From Octopus sinensis (lineage: Eukaryota): 64,000 nt of DNA. This document shows positions 26,306 through 39,060 of this stretch, piece by piece (position 1 is the first letter of the stretch; each line of letters starts with the position of its first letter). The notes under the pieces are model-generated. The model was not told where the DNA came from, ran no database searches, and saw only the letters and a program-made list of their open reading frames with translations. The DNA lies in the NCBI RefSeq assembly GCF_006345805.1, contig NC_042997.1:165850001-165914000 (forward strand). The letters are read 5' to 3'. A program made the translations under genes and the position numbers.

Positions 26306-27133
26306 AAACAAAAATTTAGTCCAAAATAAATATAAAGAAACACTAACAAATAGACTAAGAAGACAATGAACATTTGAGATATCAGTAACAAACGAGTAAT
26401 TAGGTCACTAAAAATCATTAATACTTCACTGGAATTGGCAATGTTACTAATTTATTTTAGCCAGTCTCCTATTTCTTTAACCCCTCATCTCATTTTAACT
26501 CTGCTGAGTTTCTCTCTGTTCTATCTACTCCCATTCTTTTCTGAACAACAACAGCAGTTGTTTTTTGTTTTTGTTTTGTTTTTTTTTCCAACAAGGTTTT
26601 CTACTCAACAAAGTCAACAGGTTTCTTCAGAGGTAAGTTACATTCTTGTTGTACTGGAAGTTCATAGTAGTTTGACATCAAGTATGTTTGTTTTGTGTAA
26701 AGAAAAATAAAGGCGTTAATCATTGTGCATTATTTATAGTCTCTAAAGTCTAAAGATAAACAAAGGAGTTAGGAACAAGAAGGATTGGTAAAGTGTGTTC
26801 CTGTGCATGCATGCACACATGTGTGTGCTTATGTGTGTGAGTGTGTATGTTGATAACTAGTATATTAACTAGCTTTACACACTTTGCTGTAATGCTACAA
26901 CAAAAACAACAACAACAACAAAAACAGTAATAATAATCCTTTCAACTACAGGTACTTTAGGAAGGAACTAGTTGATTGCATCAACCCCAGTACTCAACTG
27001 GTACTTAATTTATCGATCCTGAAAGGATGAAGGCAAAGTTGACCTTGGCAGAATTTGAACTCAGAACATAGTGACAGGTGAAAAACTGCTAAGCATTACA
27101 CCTGGAGTGTTAATTATTCTAATAATAATAAAC

Positions 27134-27174
<41 letters not shown>

Positions 27175-28719
27175 TAACAATAATAATAATTCTCTATAAT
27201 TTTTGGCACAAGACCAGCACTTTTCTGGGGAGGAGCAAGTTAGTTACATCAAACCCAGTGCTCACTTGCTTAAATTGACCATGAAAAAATGAAAGGCAAA
27301 GTTGACCTAGGTGAAATTTGAACCTAGAACGTAAAGGCAGATGAAATACCATTAAGCATTTTGCTTAGGGAGCTAATGATTCTGCCAGTTCGCTATCTTA
27401 ATAATAATAATAATAATAATGATGATGATGATGATGATAATAATAAAAATGATAATAATAATAATGGTTTCAAATTTTGGCACAAGGCCAGCAATTTCGT
27501 GGGAGCAGGTATGTCAATTACATTTTGCTCGCATATATATATATATATATATATATAATACTGGTGAATCCTAAGACCCAGTTTTCAGTGAGACAGCTGG
27601 TTAATAATACAATAACTAAAATAATTAGGAGCCAACTACTGAACCTCTAAGCAGTTGCTCAGCCTGCTAGCTATAGCAACCAAGTTTGTACTCAAATCAC
27701 ATACGGCTGTCTTAAAAAAAGGATAAATTGGATAATGTGGGCCTAGATACAGAAGAAAAGAGAGAAAAAAATTGGAATGGTCTTGGCTTGAACAACTTTG
27801 ATTATAGGTTTGATTTATTAGGGCTGACCAGGGGCTAACAAAATATAGGATAATGGATATTTACAAAATCAGCAACAACTACAAGTAAAATTGCAAAATG
27901 AGGGCCATACATGGTCAGCATATCTGCTAGAGATAGCAGCCAAATCTCTCCCAAATTACTCTCTGCTGTTTTGAAAAGGAGAAGGACATATATTAAGTAA
28001 TGTAATTCTAGAAAACTTCAGAAAATCTGGGATGGCCATGACTGGAATGCCTTTAATTGTAGGTTTGTTTGATCAGAGTTTCACACAGAATGAAATAATA
28101 ATAACAACTAGAACAGTAATTTTGACGGTAACAGCAGCAACAGTATCTATAGAATAAATATCTACATGAGTGGCACACTAGCAATCTTTTTGCCTTCACT
28201 TACTAATAGATAGATGGAACAAACTTCTCTTTGAAGAGAACAAATCAAATAGCATTGAAATATTAAATTACTGGAGTTAAGTTGCAGACTCCAGGCTATG
28301 GACAAACATTCTCTAAATTCATACATATAATATTGGTAGCATGTCCAGACCTATGCTTAACCACCCTATATTATGCCCTCAAGTATATACAGAAGCTTCT
28401 ATGTAATATCATAACCTGCTAATGATTGCAGTCAAATGGAACTCATATCACATGTCCTGCTATCTTTAAAAGAAAGAAGAACCTACTGAATAATAAAGTT
28501 AGATATGTTATGAAGGAAAGAAAAAAGGATGGTCATGGCTAGAATGCTTTTGGGTTTGGTTTGTTTAATCAGAATTCATCTGATGCTAAACAACAGCAAC
28601 TACAACAATAAAAATAACAACAACCTCAAACTGCTCTGCATCTCACTTTTAAATTATATTGTATTTCCTTTCTTTAGTATTCCTCTATAATGAGCTATGT
28701 TACACTCTACTATATTACA

Positions 28720-29135
28720 TTAACCATCACATGGTTCAGTCCTTTTGCAGTGCCTCAATGACCCTGGAGGTTATGCCAATAGTGCACAAACTCCTGGTTG
28801 TGACTTCTGTACTGGATAGGATAGATGCCAGGCTAATACAGACCACCTCTCTCTAGAGGTAAAAATGAGTTTGCATAGGGTCAACACCCCTACCTATGAA
28901 AAAAAAACAAAACCAAGTTACAGAAGCATCAACAATAATTCAAAACCAACAAGAACTAGAAGAGGAAGGCTTTCCATGAGGGAATAATAGTTTTAGTGTA
29001 CCAAAATCTGAAAGGATGCTTTAAGGAAAAGGCAGGGATCCAACTGGAGACAAGTAGAAAAGACAACCCAGGGTCGAGAACCTATGGAGAAGAGTGGTCA
29101 ATAGCCTATGCCCCATAGGGAACAAAGTGTTTAAA
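28720..29135 (+). mobile_element. Probable non-autonomous or internally deleted LINE-derived repeat
   Basis: GC-richer block ending GGTCAATAGCCTATGCCCCATAGGGAACAAAGTGTTTAAATAAAT, a 3' end typical of LINE tails. No intact ORF. Confidence 0.4.
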
Positions 29136-29940
29136 TAAATAATATTACATTACACAACATTATACAACATCCCATTACATTGCGTTCTGTAACACTGCAA
29201 TACATTACATAACATTGGCACAAGATCAGCAAGTTCGGGGAAGGGGACTAGTCGATTACATCGAACCCAGTACTCAACTGGTAATTATTTTATCAACCCT
29301 GGAAGGATGAAGGACAAAGTTAACTTCAGCAGAATTTGAACTCAGGATGTAAGTACAAATGAAATGTCACTAAGCACTTTGTTTGGTGAGCTAATGATTC
29401 TACCAGCTCACCACCTTATATACATTACATAATATTAGACTACACTACATAATATAATTACACTTTACTCCACTACATCACATAGCACTACATAACTTTG
29501 TTATATTCTACACTACAATTTAGTACAGTATGCTACACTATATCATATTGTATTAAGAAAAGAAAAGCTACCAGCTTGGGTGGTCATTTATTTCCTCTAG
29601 AGCAAGAAATCTGTTCCTATCTCTCTATTATACTCTTGTCTTTCAATGTCTAGCATAAACTACCACCATTAATGCTACAACCCCACTCAATCAAAGGGTC
29701 TAGTCTTGTGAGCAATTAGGCAGTCTCATTAGTATTGATGGGGAGGGGTACAAAAAAAGCAACCAGTATACTCTGTAAAGTGGCGGTGCTAGGAAGAGCA
29801 TCCAGTCATAGAAACCATGTCAAAACAGACATAGAATCTTGACACAGTTCTCTGATCTGTATGACCCTGACAAACCATCCAACCTATTCCAGTATGGAAT
29901 ATGGATATTAAATGATGTTGGTGATGATGTACAGCTTCTT

Positions 29941-30163
29941 ATTTCTTTATTGCCCACAAGGGGCTAAACATAGATGGGACAAACAAAGGGATTAAGTCGT
30001 TTAGATCGACCCCAGTCCATAACTGGTACTTAATTTATCGACCCCAAAAGGATGAAAGGCAAAGTCGACCTCGGCGGAATTTGAACTCAGAATGTAACGG
30101 CAGACGAAATACAGCTAAACATTTCGCCCGGTGTGCTAACGTTTCTGCCAACTCGCAGCCTTA
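29941..30163 (-). mobile_element. SINE family A, tail type 1
   Basis: 14-bp TSD ATGTACAGCTTCTT at 29927-29940 and 30164-30177. Confidence 0.92.
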
Positions 30164-31237
30164 ATGTACAGCTTCTTACTACAAACTCAATAACAACTTC
30201 AACAAAAGCAATTCCAGCAATAAAAACAATTACATCAACAGCAGCAACTGAATGGCATCAGTAGCTACAACTAAAAAGGCAAATTATTTTAAAAACACCA
30301 GTTTGTGTTGTCCAAGAGAGACTTAATCAACCAGTTTATATTCTATATTCCTTGTCAACATCATAAAATTTCTAAATGATACCACAAAAGCCTTATACCA
30401 TTTTATGCATCAGTATTCAAAAGGTGTATTTGTCTTTTAACTGATACCCAGTTTTTTTTTGTTTTTTTTTTCTTGGCTCTGGCTGGTAAAATAATTTCTT
30501 TTCAGCTAGTCTCAAGGAAATTATTCAAAGGGACAAAAACTTTATTCCTTTACAGGTTTCAGTTATTGAACAGCAGCTGTGCTAGGAAAGCAGCTTCAGC
30601 AGCTTTAATTGATCATATTGATTACAGTACTTAATTCAATCTGGTATTTTTTATTTTTATTTTGAATTCTGTTTAACCAGTAAATTAAGGGAGAGATTAT
30701 AAACAAAAACAGTTTTTTAGACTGGTGTAAATATAACCACAGATACAGATGAATACACACAATCATCATCATTATCGTCATCACCAGCAGCAGCACCACC
30801 AAAAACAACAAGATTATCTTTTTACATCTACTTTCAATACTGGTGAGCTGCTACTCCCATAGACTGTGGTGTTCATAAATGTTATTTGGCTAATTACTTC
30901 ACTTCTACTGCCAGATGCCATTTCTATTGCCAGCCACTATACAGAGAGTACTGGGTGCATTTTCAAGGGGCAGTTGAATAGTCATTGGAGAGACAGAATT
31001 ATTGGAATCACACAGCCTTCTGCTTTCTCTGCTTATTTGCAATCATTTTACAGAGCGTAGAGAAAGCATTTTTCATGGTATCAACACTAGAAAGAATATG
31101 TTTACCTGTCCCTCTAAGAGCAGCACAATTTGGAGGTTTTCTCATGGCACCAACACTGGAGGTGGTGTAAAGGTGCTTTGTATACAGGAAATGAAAAGAA
31201 TATTTAATATCCTGAGATAGTGGACTGAGGAGGAGAG

Positions 31238-31242
<5 letters not shown>

Positions 31243-31330
<88 letters not shown>
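31243..31330. repeat. (GA)n microsatellite
   Basis: Uninterrupted GA tract. Many other microsatellites: (TA)n 14780-14830 and 53490-53610; (CA)/(CATA)n 23555-23655 and 55240-55355; (AAT)n 11575-11622 and 27120-27190; (CCA)n 62425-62478. Confidence 0.95.
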
Positions 31331-31334
<4 letters not shown>

Positions 31335-32809
31335 AGTCACAAATAGGTAAGTACCCAAAAATCTGGCTGATGAAACAAAAGAGTAGGCAATAGCTGGAAA
31401 TATAGATGGCAAACTCTACAAGTTAAAAGACTTAATGACATTCATTAATACAGCATCTGATCAAAGTAATCTTTGACATCTTTTAAGACCTTTTGTTTTA
31501 TGAACATTTTATGGCTGAGAGCAAAGTGAAAAGAAGTGGTATAAATGTGATAAAGAAATCCCCTAATCTTAAATAATCTGCAATATCTAAAAATCGTCAA
31601 TAAAATGAAATTGAATGTGGATCTTGTTATTTTTTCTTCTGAGTATTCCTTCCAAGTATTTCAAATTTTTATAAGATATTTTAAGTTTCTACATGTAACT
31701 TCTTTATTATTAATTATATTGAGACCCCCTTCGGTCATGACTGACCATGGAATTGCACCTAGAAAGTTACCCTCCCAGGCACAAGTCCGGGCAAGATTGT
31801 TTTATGGAAGATCAGCAGTCACCCATGCATACCGGCCTCCCCTCTCCACACCACCAGTGTTATCCAAGGGAAAGGCAAAGGCCGATACAGATTGGCACCT
31901 GTGACATCGCAACTCATTTCTACAGCTGAGTGAACTGGAGCAACGTGAAATAAAGTGTCTTGCTCAAGAACACAACAGGCAGCCCCTGTTGTGTTACATA
32001 TATATATATTGAATGTAACTTTTGTCCTCAGCATGCAAAAACTACATTTAAAAATAAAAAAATAATCTGGTGAAAATTTGAAATGTTTCAAATTCTTGGA
32101 AGCAAGTTAACAAGATTACCGATTTTTATTTTTCAGTGAAAGTGCAAGTTTAGAAATGGTTGAATTTGGCAAACCGAAAGCTGTACAAATCGGGTGGAAC
32201 TTAATTGGTGATTAATATCTCAGAGGAAAGAATTATCTACTAGAAGATATTTACCGTATATCTAGTAATCATAAGAGATATTCAGTCAACTACTACATCT
32301 GATGCATCGTTGGAATAATTCATTGGCGTGATGTAATCAACCAATGCGTTTCGTTTACTTTCACACATAAATCAAGTTTCTTTCAGTTTTATTTTATTGT
32401 CGATTATGAATTATTAAAGTTTTATTTAACCTTCATCTATTCATCTTTCTTTCACTTTATTATCCGTCATTATATGTCCATCAAGCGAAAATCTTCGTGC
32501 CTGTTGACACCAGCATGTTTTGGACGAAATACTGTTACTGGGGGGGGGGGGGGAAGGAAATGTGTTACTAGCTTATTGATCTGAAAGATGGTGACACGTT
32601 TGTTTGTGCTAGCTTGTCAGCTGTTAAACAGGTGTTGACAAAAGGGGGCACTATGAATACGACATGAGATATTCACCACAATAACATCTTTCGACCATGT
32701 CACTATACACACCTCCATTCAACTCAACACAGACTCTTTATAATACGATATATTCAGCTTCTTCACAACTACGACGCCAAACTACAATTTCTGATGAAAT
32801 AACGATGGG

Positions 32810-33010
32810 AACCTTTAAGGGTCGCATGGTCTGCTAGAAATAGCATCTACATCTCCCTCAGATCACATCCTATTGTCTTAAATAAAGAAATGACACAGGA
32901 GTTAAGGTAGTACCACATACTCCTAAAAAGACAGGGTGGTCACAGCTGGAATACCTTTGATCATAGGTCAACTCGATCGAGATTAACCTAAGCTAAACAA
33001 CAAGAGCAAC
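32810..33010 (+). repeat. Interspersed repeat family E (CTGCTAGAAATAGC...GGTCAYRGCTGGAAT.CCTTTGATCATAGG...CTAAACAACAA)
   Basis: Related copies at 950-1205, 27620-28110 and 28380-28620; unclassified, with a CAA tail. Confidence 0.7.
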
Positions 33011-33071
33011 ATAGTTTCGGATAAAGACAAGAAATTGCTTATGGTATTAGGGAAATCACAAGTTTACTTAC

Positions 33072-33683
33072 CTTTTGGATACTTCCTGCAGTCCATATAT
33101 GGTTGTCTCGCAAGATAATCATAGAAGATAAATCGTACCTGTGGGTTGCTAAACCCCCAACAAGAAGAGAATACTTCTCTACTAGACGGAATCCCGGAGT
33201 AGTTCTGCGTGTATCAGCCAGTTTCCCTTTCCAGCCAACCCCTTCAGCTTTCAGGGCCAATTTGCGGGCCAAAGTCGCTAGTCCACTTGCCCTGCACGCA
33301 CAGTTGAGGGCTACACGTTCTCCGAGCAACAAGCACCGTACTCTGCCTTTGATAATCGCAACTGTTTGGACTGGATTCAGGTATGTTCCTTCCGGATAAA
33401 GCCATTCAATTTCACACTCCAGCTCTTTAAATACAGCATCTATAAATGGTCTTCCTGCCAAAACACCAGCCTGTCTCATGATCAAGGCAGCGGTTACATT
33501 TTTCTCCCCAACTACGAACCCACCGAAATCAAAATTTGGCGAATCTTCTTTAATCCATTCTCTGGCTAAATGTTGTACAGTAACAGGTGATAATGCATGG
33601 TAAGTTTCAGGACCCGAAGTAATCCGAGAATGGTTATTATTGTAATGTAAATAGTCCTTCCTTTGGTCGTAATAAGCAGACAT
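33072..33683 (-). CDS. QPRT: QPRT-like (nicotinate-nucleotide pyrophosphorylase family), coding exon 1 (204 aa)
   Basis: ATG at 33683 and donor AAG|GTAAGT at 33072/33071. Contains WIKEDSP, GVLAGRPF, LLLGERVALN and DTRRTTPGFRLVEKY...HRYDL...LRDNH, which align with human QPRT residues ~10-183. Confidence 0.92.
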
Positions 33684-36600
33684 TTTATTCAAAACATATC
33701 AGAAACAGAACGTCTTTGCCTTTCCCCTTTATTTTACACTGACCTACAACACACTACAACGCAGGTTGTTCCGAAGTTGTTCTATCTATGTAGACACCTG
33801 CGAAATGGTTGTGTAAAGGCGTGTGTGTGTGCATGCGTATCGTGCTTGTATAGGTGTATTTTGTGTAGTTTGACTGACACACTGACTGGTACATTATTTA
33901 TGGAGCGCTCTTTCATAAAACTTCAATAACATACAGAAAGCAGATAATAAAACTTCAATAAGACAGTAGCAAATAAATCTTACTAGAGGTTTTATACATA
34001 CAAGTACACTCGCTGAGTGAAATAATTTTGTTTCATTGGAGAATTTCTCGACTGTCCATCAAGCATTCCTTTAATTACATGTTGTTTTTCCTGAGGTAAT
34101 CTAGTTTGTTTTCTCAAAAACATAAATCACTCCATCTGAGATAAATAGACAGACAGATAGATAGATAGAGAGGGGGGGAGAAAGAGAGGAGGGGGCGAGG
34201 GGGTTGGAATTGTGTCAGTGTTGCTATTATATATTGCTAAGAGACAATAGTTTTTTAAAAAAATTTTTTTATTAAATACTGATATTAATATCTCTGTTGG
34301 TAGGAATAAGCTCAATTAGTGTGTAGTCGGACAAGTGGATTTCCCTCTACGCATATGGTTTTTATAAATTATATCTATAGGTACTTTTAATGATCAAAGA
34401 AACAGGTTTGTAATGAATTCGACAACCACAAAACTTGCTTATTTATCACTGTCTATTGGTGCTGTGTGTATGTGTGCGTGGTTGTGTGTATGTACGTATG
34501 TAGGTGTGTGTATATATGAATAAATGTACGTATGTATGTCTATGTATATGTACATATGCGTCTACACATGTATTTGCGTGCGTATGTATCTATGTGGATG
34601 TATGTATGTACCAACCTTCTTCAATATCCATCTTCTTGCTCTTTTCTCTGCCTTTCTTCTTTCTCTTCACTTTCCTAGTCTAAGTATCGTTTTGAGATAC
34701 CAAAGAAAACTTATATTTGTGCTTCCAGACACTATACAGCGGAAAAGTTCCCTGCTGTTTGTACCTGACAAACAAGTGGCTATGATGGTATGATTTATTA
34801 CAGAAACAACTCTGGCTTACATGACAAATAGTTGAAAGTTTATGCGTCTCTCTCTCATGGTACTCTTCACTATGTTAACATAGAACTAAATGACTTAGTT
34901 CAAGCGAATGGAGAAGTGCAGTTTACTCCTGAAGCATTGTATAAGTATTTCTAATATAGGCACTCAGCCAGAAGTTTGAGATGAATGCATAATCAATTAA
35001 GCTGACCCAAGTGGAATAAAAGGCAAAGTTGACCTCAGAATGCAAAAGGCTGTAATTGGATGCAAGTATGGCTGTGTGGTTAAGAAGTTTGTTTCACAAC
35101 TATGTTGTTTTATATTCAATCCAGTTAAGGTATGCAGCTTAGTGGTATTTGACTCGTGACTAAGGTTGTGTGTTTGATTCCTGGCAGTGTATCTTGTCCT
35201 TGAGCAAGATGCTTTATTTCACATTGCCCCAGTCCATTCAGCTGGTAAAAATGAGTTGTACTCTCTTAAGCACCACCACCTGGCCCTCAGATTTTAGTAG
35301 AGTCTACTCTAGGGTAAACATTTGGGCCAGGTCTTTGTTGAGGATAACTTCCTCACTTTCATCTTCCAATCTCAAAGACTTTCAAAAGGTTCATGGATGC
35401 TGCTGTTCCTCCTCTCACTAAGTCATTAACCCTTCTGTTACCATACTTTCATTAAAATATACTGCCTTTATTTCACTCAATTTTCAAAAATAATGAAGAA
35501 CTTACAAAAGTAAGTTTGTTATTATTAAGCTGAAGTAAGATGGTCAGCCGGCAGAATCGTTAAGCATGCTGGATGAAATGCGTAGCAGTATTCTACCCAT
35601 CGCTACATTCTGAGTTTTTTGGGGGTCAATAAATTAAGTACCAGTGAAACACTGGGGTTGATGTAATTGACTACTCTCCTCTCCCCAAATTTCAGACCTT
35701 GTGCCTTTAGTAGAAAGGATTATTAAGCTGAAGTTTGGAACCTAAATTAATAGGAAATTATGATGCAAGGTGACTTTAAAACATGAAATTTTTGTTATAG
35801 AACCAAGGTTAGTCTCATGTGGTTTGGTATTAAAAGAGTTAAACTATATCAAAACTAAAAAATGCAAGGCATTTTGTCCAATACTGTTATAACTGTTATT
35901 GGCCAGGTACAATTTTCTAATGCATATCATAAATCTGCTTTTCTAAGCTTAAAACCTGTTATGCAAGGCAACAAGAAACCACAATAGTTTCCAGATTCGA
36001 GTGGTATCTCAACAGAGTAAGTCATGGATGCTGCCTTTTCTCTTGAGACTAAACAAATCATTATTAAAGGTTATTGTAAAACAGTGAGCTGGAATCTTTA
36101 GCACACTGGACAAAATGCTTAGTGGCATTTCATCACTGCTGAGGTGATTTTGCCTTTCATTTTTTTCAGGGTTGATTAAATAAATACCAGTTGAGTACAG
36201 GGGATGATATAATCAATTTATCCCCTCCCTGAAATTGCTGGCCTTGTGCCAAGATTTAAAATTATTATCAAAGGTTACTGGAGAGGCAAAAACAGCAATA
36301 AAGCATTGGATTAAATACATAACAGTATTTTAATGTTTCTCTACAGTCTGGGTTCAATTCCTGCAAAAGCGAACTTTACTTTTTAGCTTTCAGAGGTTGT
36401 TTAAATTGTATCTATATTTTGCTGCAAAAGTTGAAAAAACTGCTCCCCTAAAGCTTATATACCATCCTTACCAAAATATGGTGTTTAACCACCTTTACAC
36501 ATATTTCATACTAACATCACAGTTATATAATTTCGGGTGGTTAAGCAACAGCATCATTAGTTATAGGTTTCCAGTGAGACAATCAGTGGTTCCCAACATT

Positions 36601-38889
36601 TCTGGCAGAAAGAGTAACAAGGAAGATCTGTGAAACTTAAGTGGAACAAATAATGCATAAAGTATTTTATTTAAAAAATCACTAGTTTTTCTTTTGTTTC
36701 TTACTGATGTTATTTATAACTTTTGCGAATATACATCCACAAAAATATGCAGACACACATACACATGTATGTCTGTGTGTGTGAGTGAATTTGATAGACA
36801 AAAACTATTGTAAGCCAGTCATATGTACATAAACACATGTGTGCGTGCAAATGTGCATGATTGTTGGTATTTTGTTTGTCACCATTTCAATCAAATGGTG
36901 ATTGATATTTACATTCCTTGTTGGCATTTCAACATGTCACTGTGATTTTGAAAACCTGTAGAATAAATAAATTCTATGCCTGATAAACAGGTTAGGGTTT
37001 ACAAGAGAAAAAGCATCCATCTGTTTTAAAGTCCTGCCTCAGGAATTGATTTATACTGAAGCCATGTTAGCATATGAAAATGGACTTTAAGATTAAATTA
37101 ATGAATGAACATATGCTTTAATATGTATGTGTGTATGTGTGTGTGTGTGTGTGTGTGCATGCATATATATGTGTAAAATTCCAATCACAAAGTATTGGTT
37201 AATTCAAGGCTTTAATGCTAAAAGTACTGCACAATAGGATTGAATTCAGAACTAAATGATCATGAAATAAACATGTGGTTAAAACCACATGGTCATACCT
37301 TCATGTATATGAAGGTATGATTGTGAGGTGCAGGCATGGATATGTGGTAAGTAGTTTACTTCCTAAACACATAGTTATGGGTTCCATTCCATTGTATGAC
37401 CCTTGAGCAAGTGCCTTCTACTATAGCCTTGAGCCAACAAAGACTTGTCAATGGATTTGATAGATGGAGACTGAAAGAAGCACATTATATATATATATAT
37501 AAAATACGAAAATGGGACAAGAATGCAAAACATCCAGACAGTTAGGTGAAACAAAAAAAGGGAAACAAAATATCCAGACAGACGATACAAGGAAAACATG
37601 GACGGATCATTCAGAGTTTTCTATCCTCAGTCAAGTTCCAGATTATCTTTGCAATTTCGGCTGGTTATACCCGAGATTGCTCCAATCTGGCCAGCCCCAA
37701 GGAAAAATAAGCTAAGAGCATTACACTTCTTGGAAGAAAGCAGCGAATGTACCCCAGAAATATTACACAAATATAAATAACAGGACATAACAACAGGTGT
37801 CTTTCGACTAGGAACGAATTAAATTAAGGTGGCAGTGTGGAAGTAAAGCCTTGCGGCAGGGACATAACTTTTAATAAGCACAGGATGGAATATAGATGTT
37901 GCACGGACAGTAGTCTAACCAAGAAAGGTCAGGCCTGGCCGAACACTGGTCACGTGGGGAGAGAAGAGAGAGATGTAGAGGCAGAGGGATAGAAGAATTA
38001 AGGAGGGGTGAGAGAAAAATGAAAGAGACACAGTGAAGTGAAAGAGGAAAAGTGAGCATGAAGAGAAGGCCAGGTAATATAAATACATATGTGTCTTTAA
38101 GTCTGTGTTTGGCCACCACCATCACTTGACATCTAGTGTTTGTGTGTTTATGTCCCTGTAATTTAACAGTTCAGTGAAAAGAGACCAGTAGAATAAGTAT
38201 CAGGCTTTAAAGATGGAAATAAGTACTTGGGTTGATTCATACAGCTAAAAAATTCTTCAAGGCAGTACCCCAGCATGGCCACAATCTTGTGACTGAAACA
38301 AATAAAAGATAAGATATATCTCCTCCTTTTTGACTCATATTAAACTACAACAGCCCGCCACTATTTTTTCCCTGATGGCCGAGCATCACATTATCTGTAT
38401 GAGAATCCTGAGTGGCTGTGTAGTAAGTAGCTTGTTTACCAACCACATGGTTCTGGGTTCATTCCCACTGTGTGGCACCTTGGGCAAGTGTCTTCTACTA
38501 TAGCCTCGGGCCAACCAAAGCCTTCTGAGTGGATTTGGTAAACAGAAACTGAAGGAAGCCCGTCGTATATATGTATGTATGTGTGTGTATATGTTTGTCC
38601 CCCACCCAACATTGCTTGACAACCAATGGTGGTGTGTTTACGTCCCCATAACTTAGCGGTTTGGCAAAAGAGACCAATAGAATAAGTACTGGGTTTACAA
38701 AGAATAAGTCCCAGGGTCGATTTGCTCGACTAAAGGTGGTGCTCCAGCATGGCCACAGTAAAATGACTGAAACAAGTAAAAGAGATATAAATAAGTATTA
38801 CAATCAAAAAGACCCAAAGCTAAATATGTACAAACACAGACATCTTGAGTTAAACCTAGAGTTTAGGTATCACTATTTTCTATTGGCTT

Positions 38890-39060
38890 ACTAACATTAC
38901 TCATCCAGTGGAGCATACTGGCTTCATTCCTTGCAAGCTTACACATGTCCTCAGCAGTCACAGCCCATGTTTCACTGCCATGTAGCATGACTGTTTGTAC
39001 AGATGCTTCATACAGTCTACCTTTTACTCTGAGTGAGAGGCCCTTTGCCACCGGCAGAGG
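38890..39060 (-). mobile_element. RTE-clade LINE ORF fragment
   Basis: LSLRVKGRLYEASVQTVMLHGSETW...LARNEASMLHWM. Confidence 0.8.

Noticed and set aside
4392-33071. U12-type introns in the genes neighbouring SNRNP48
   Set aside because: The donors are GTATAA, GTATGA, GTAAGT and GTTTGA; none matches the U12 RTATCCTT consensus.
34171-34207. G-quadruplex upstream of the QPRT-like gene
   Set aside because: It needs a 12-nt loop and lies in a GA-rich microsatellite context; no independent support.
37520-37830. Possible second hammerhead (GAAA...CTGAGGA on the minus strand)
   Set aside because: I could not build stems I-III around the core; it is probably an unclassified repeat fragment.
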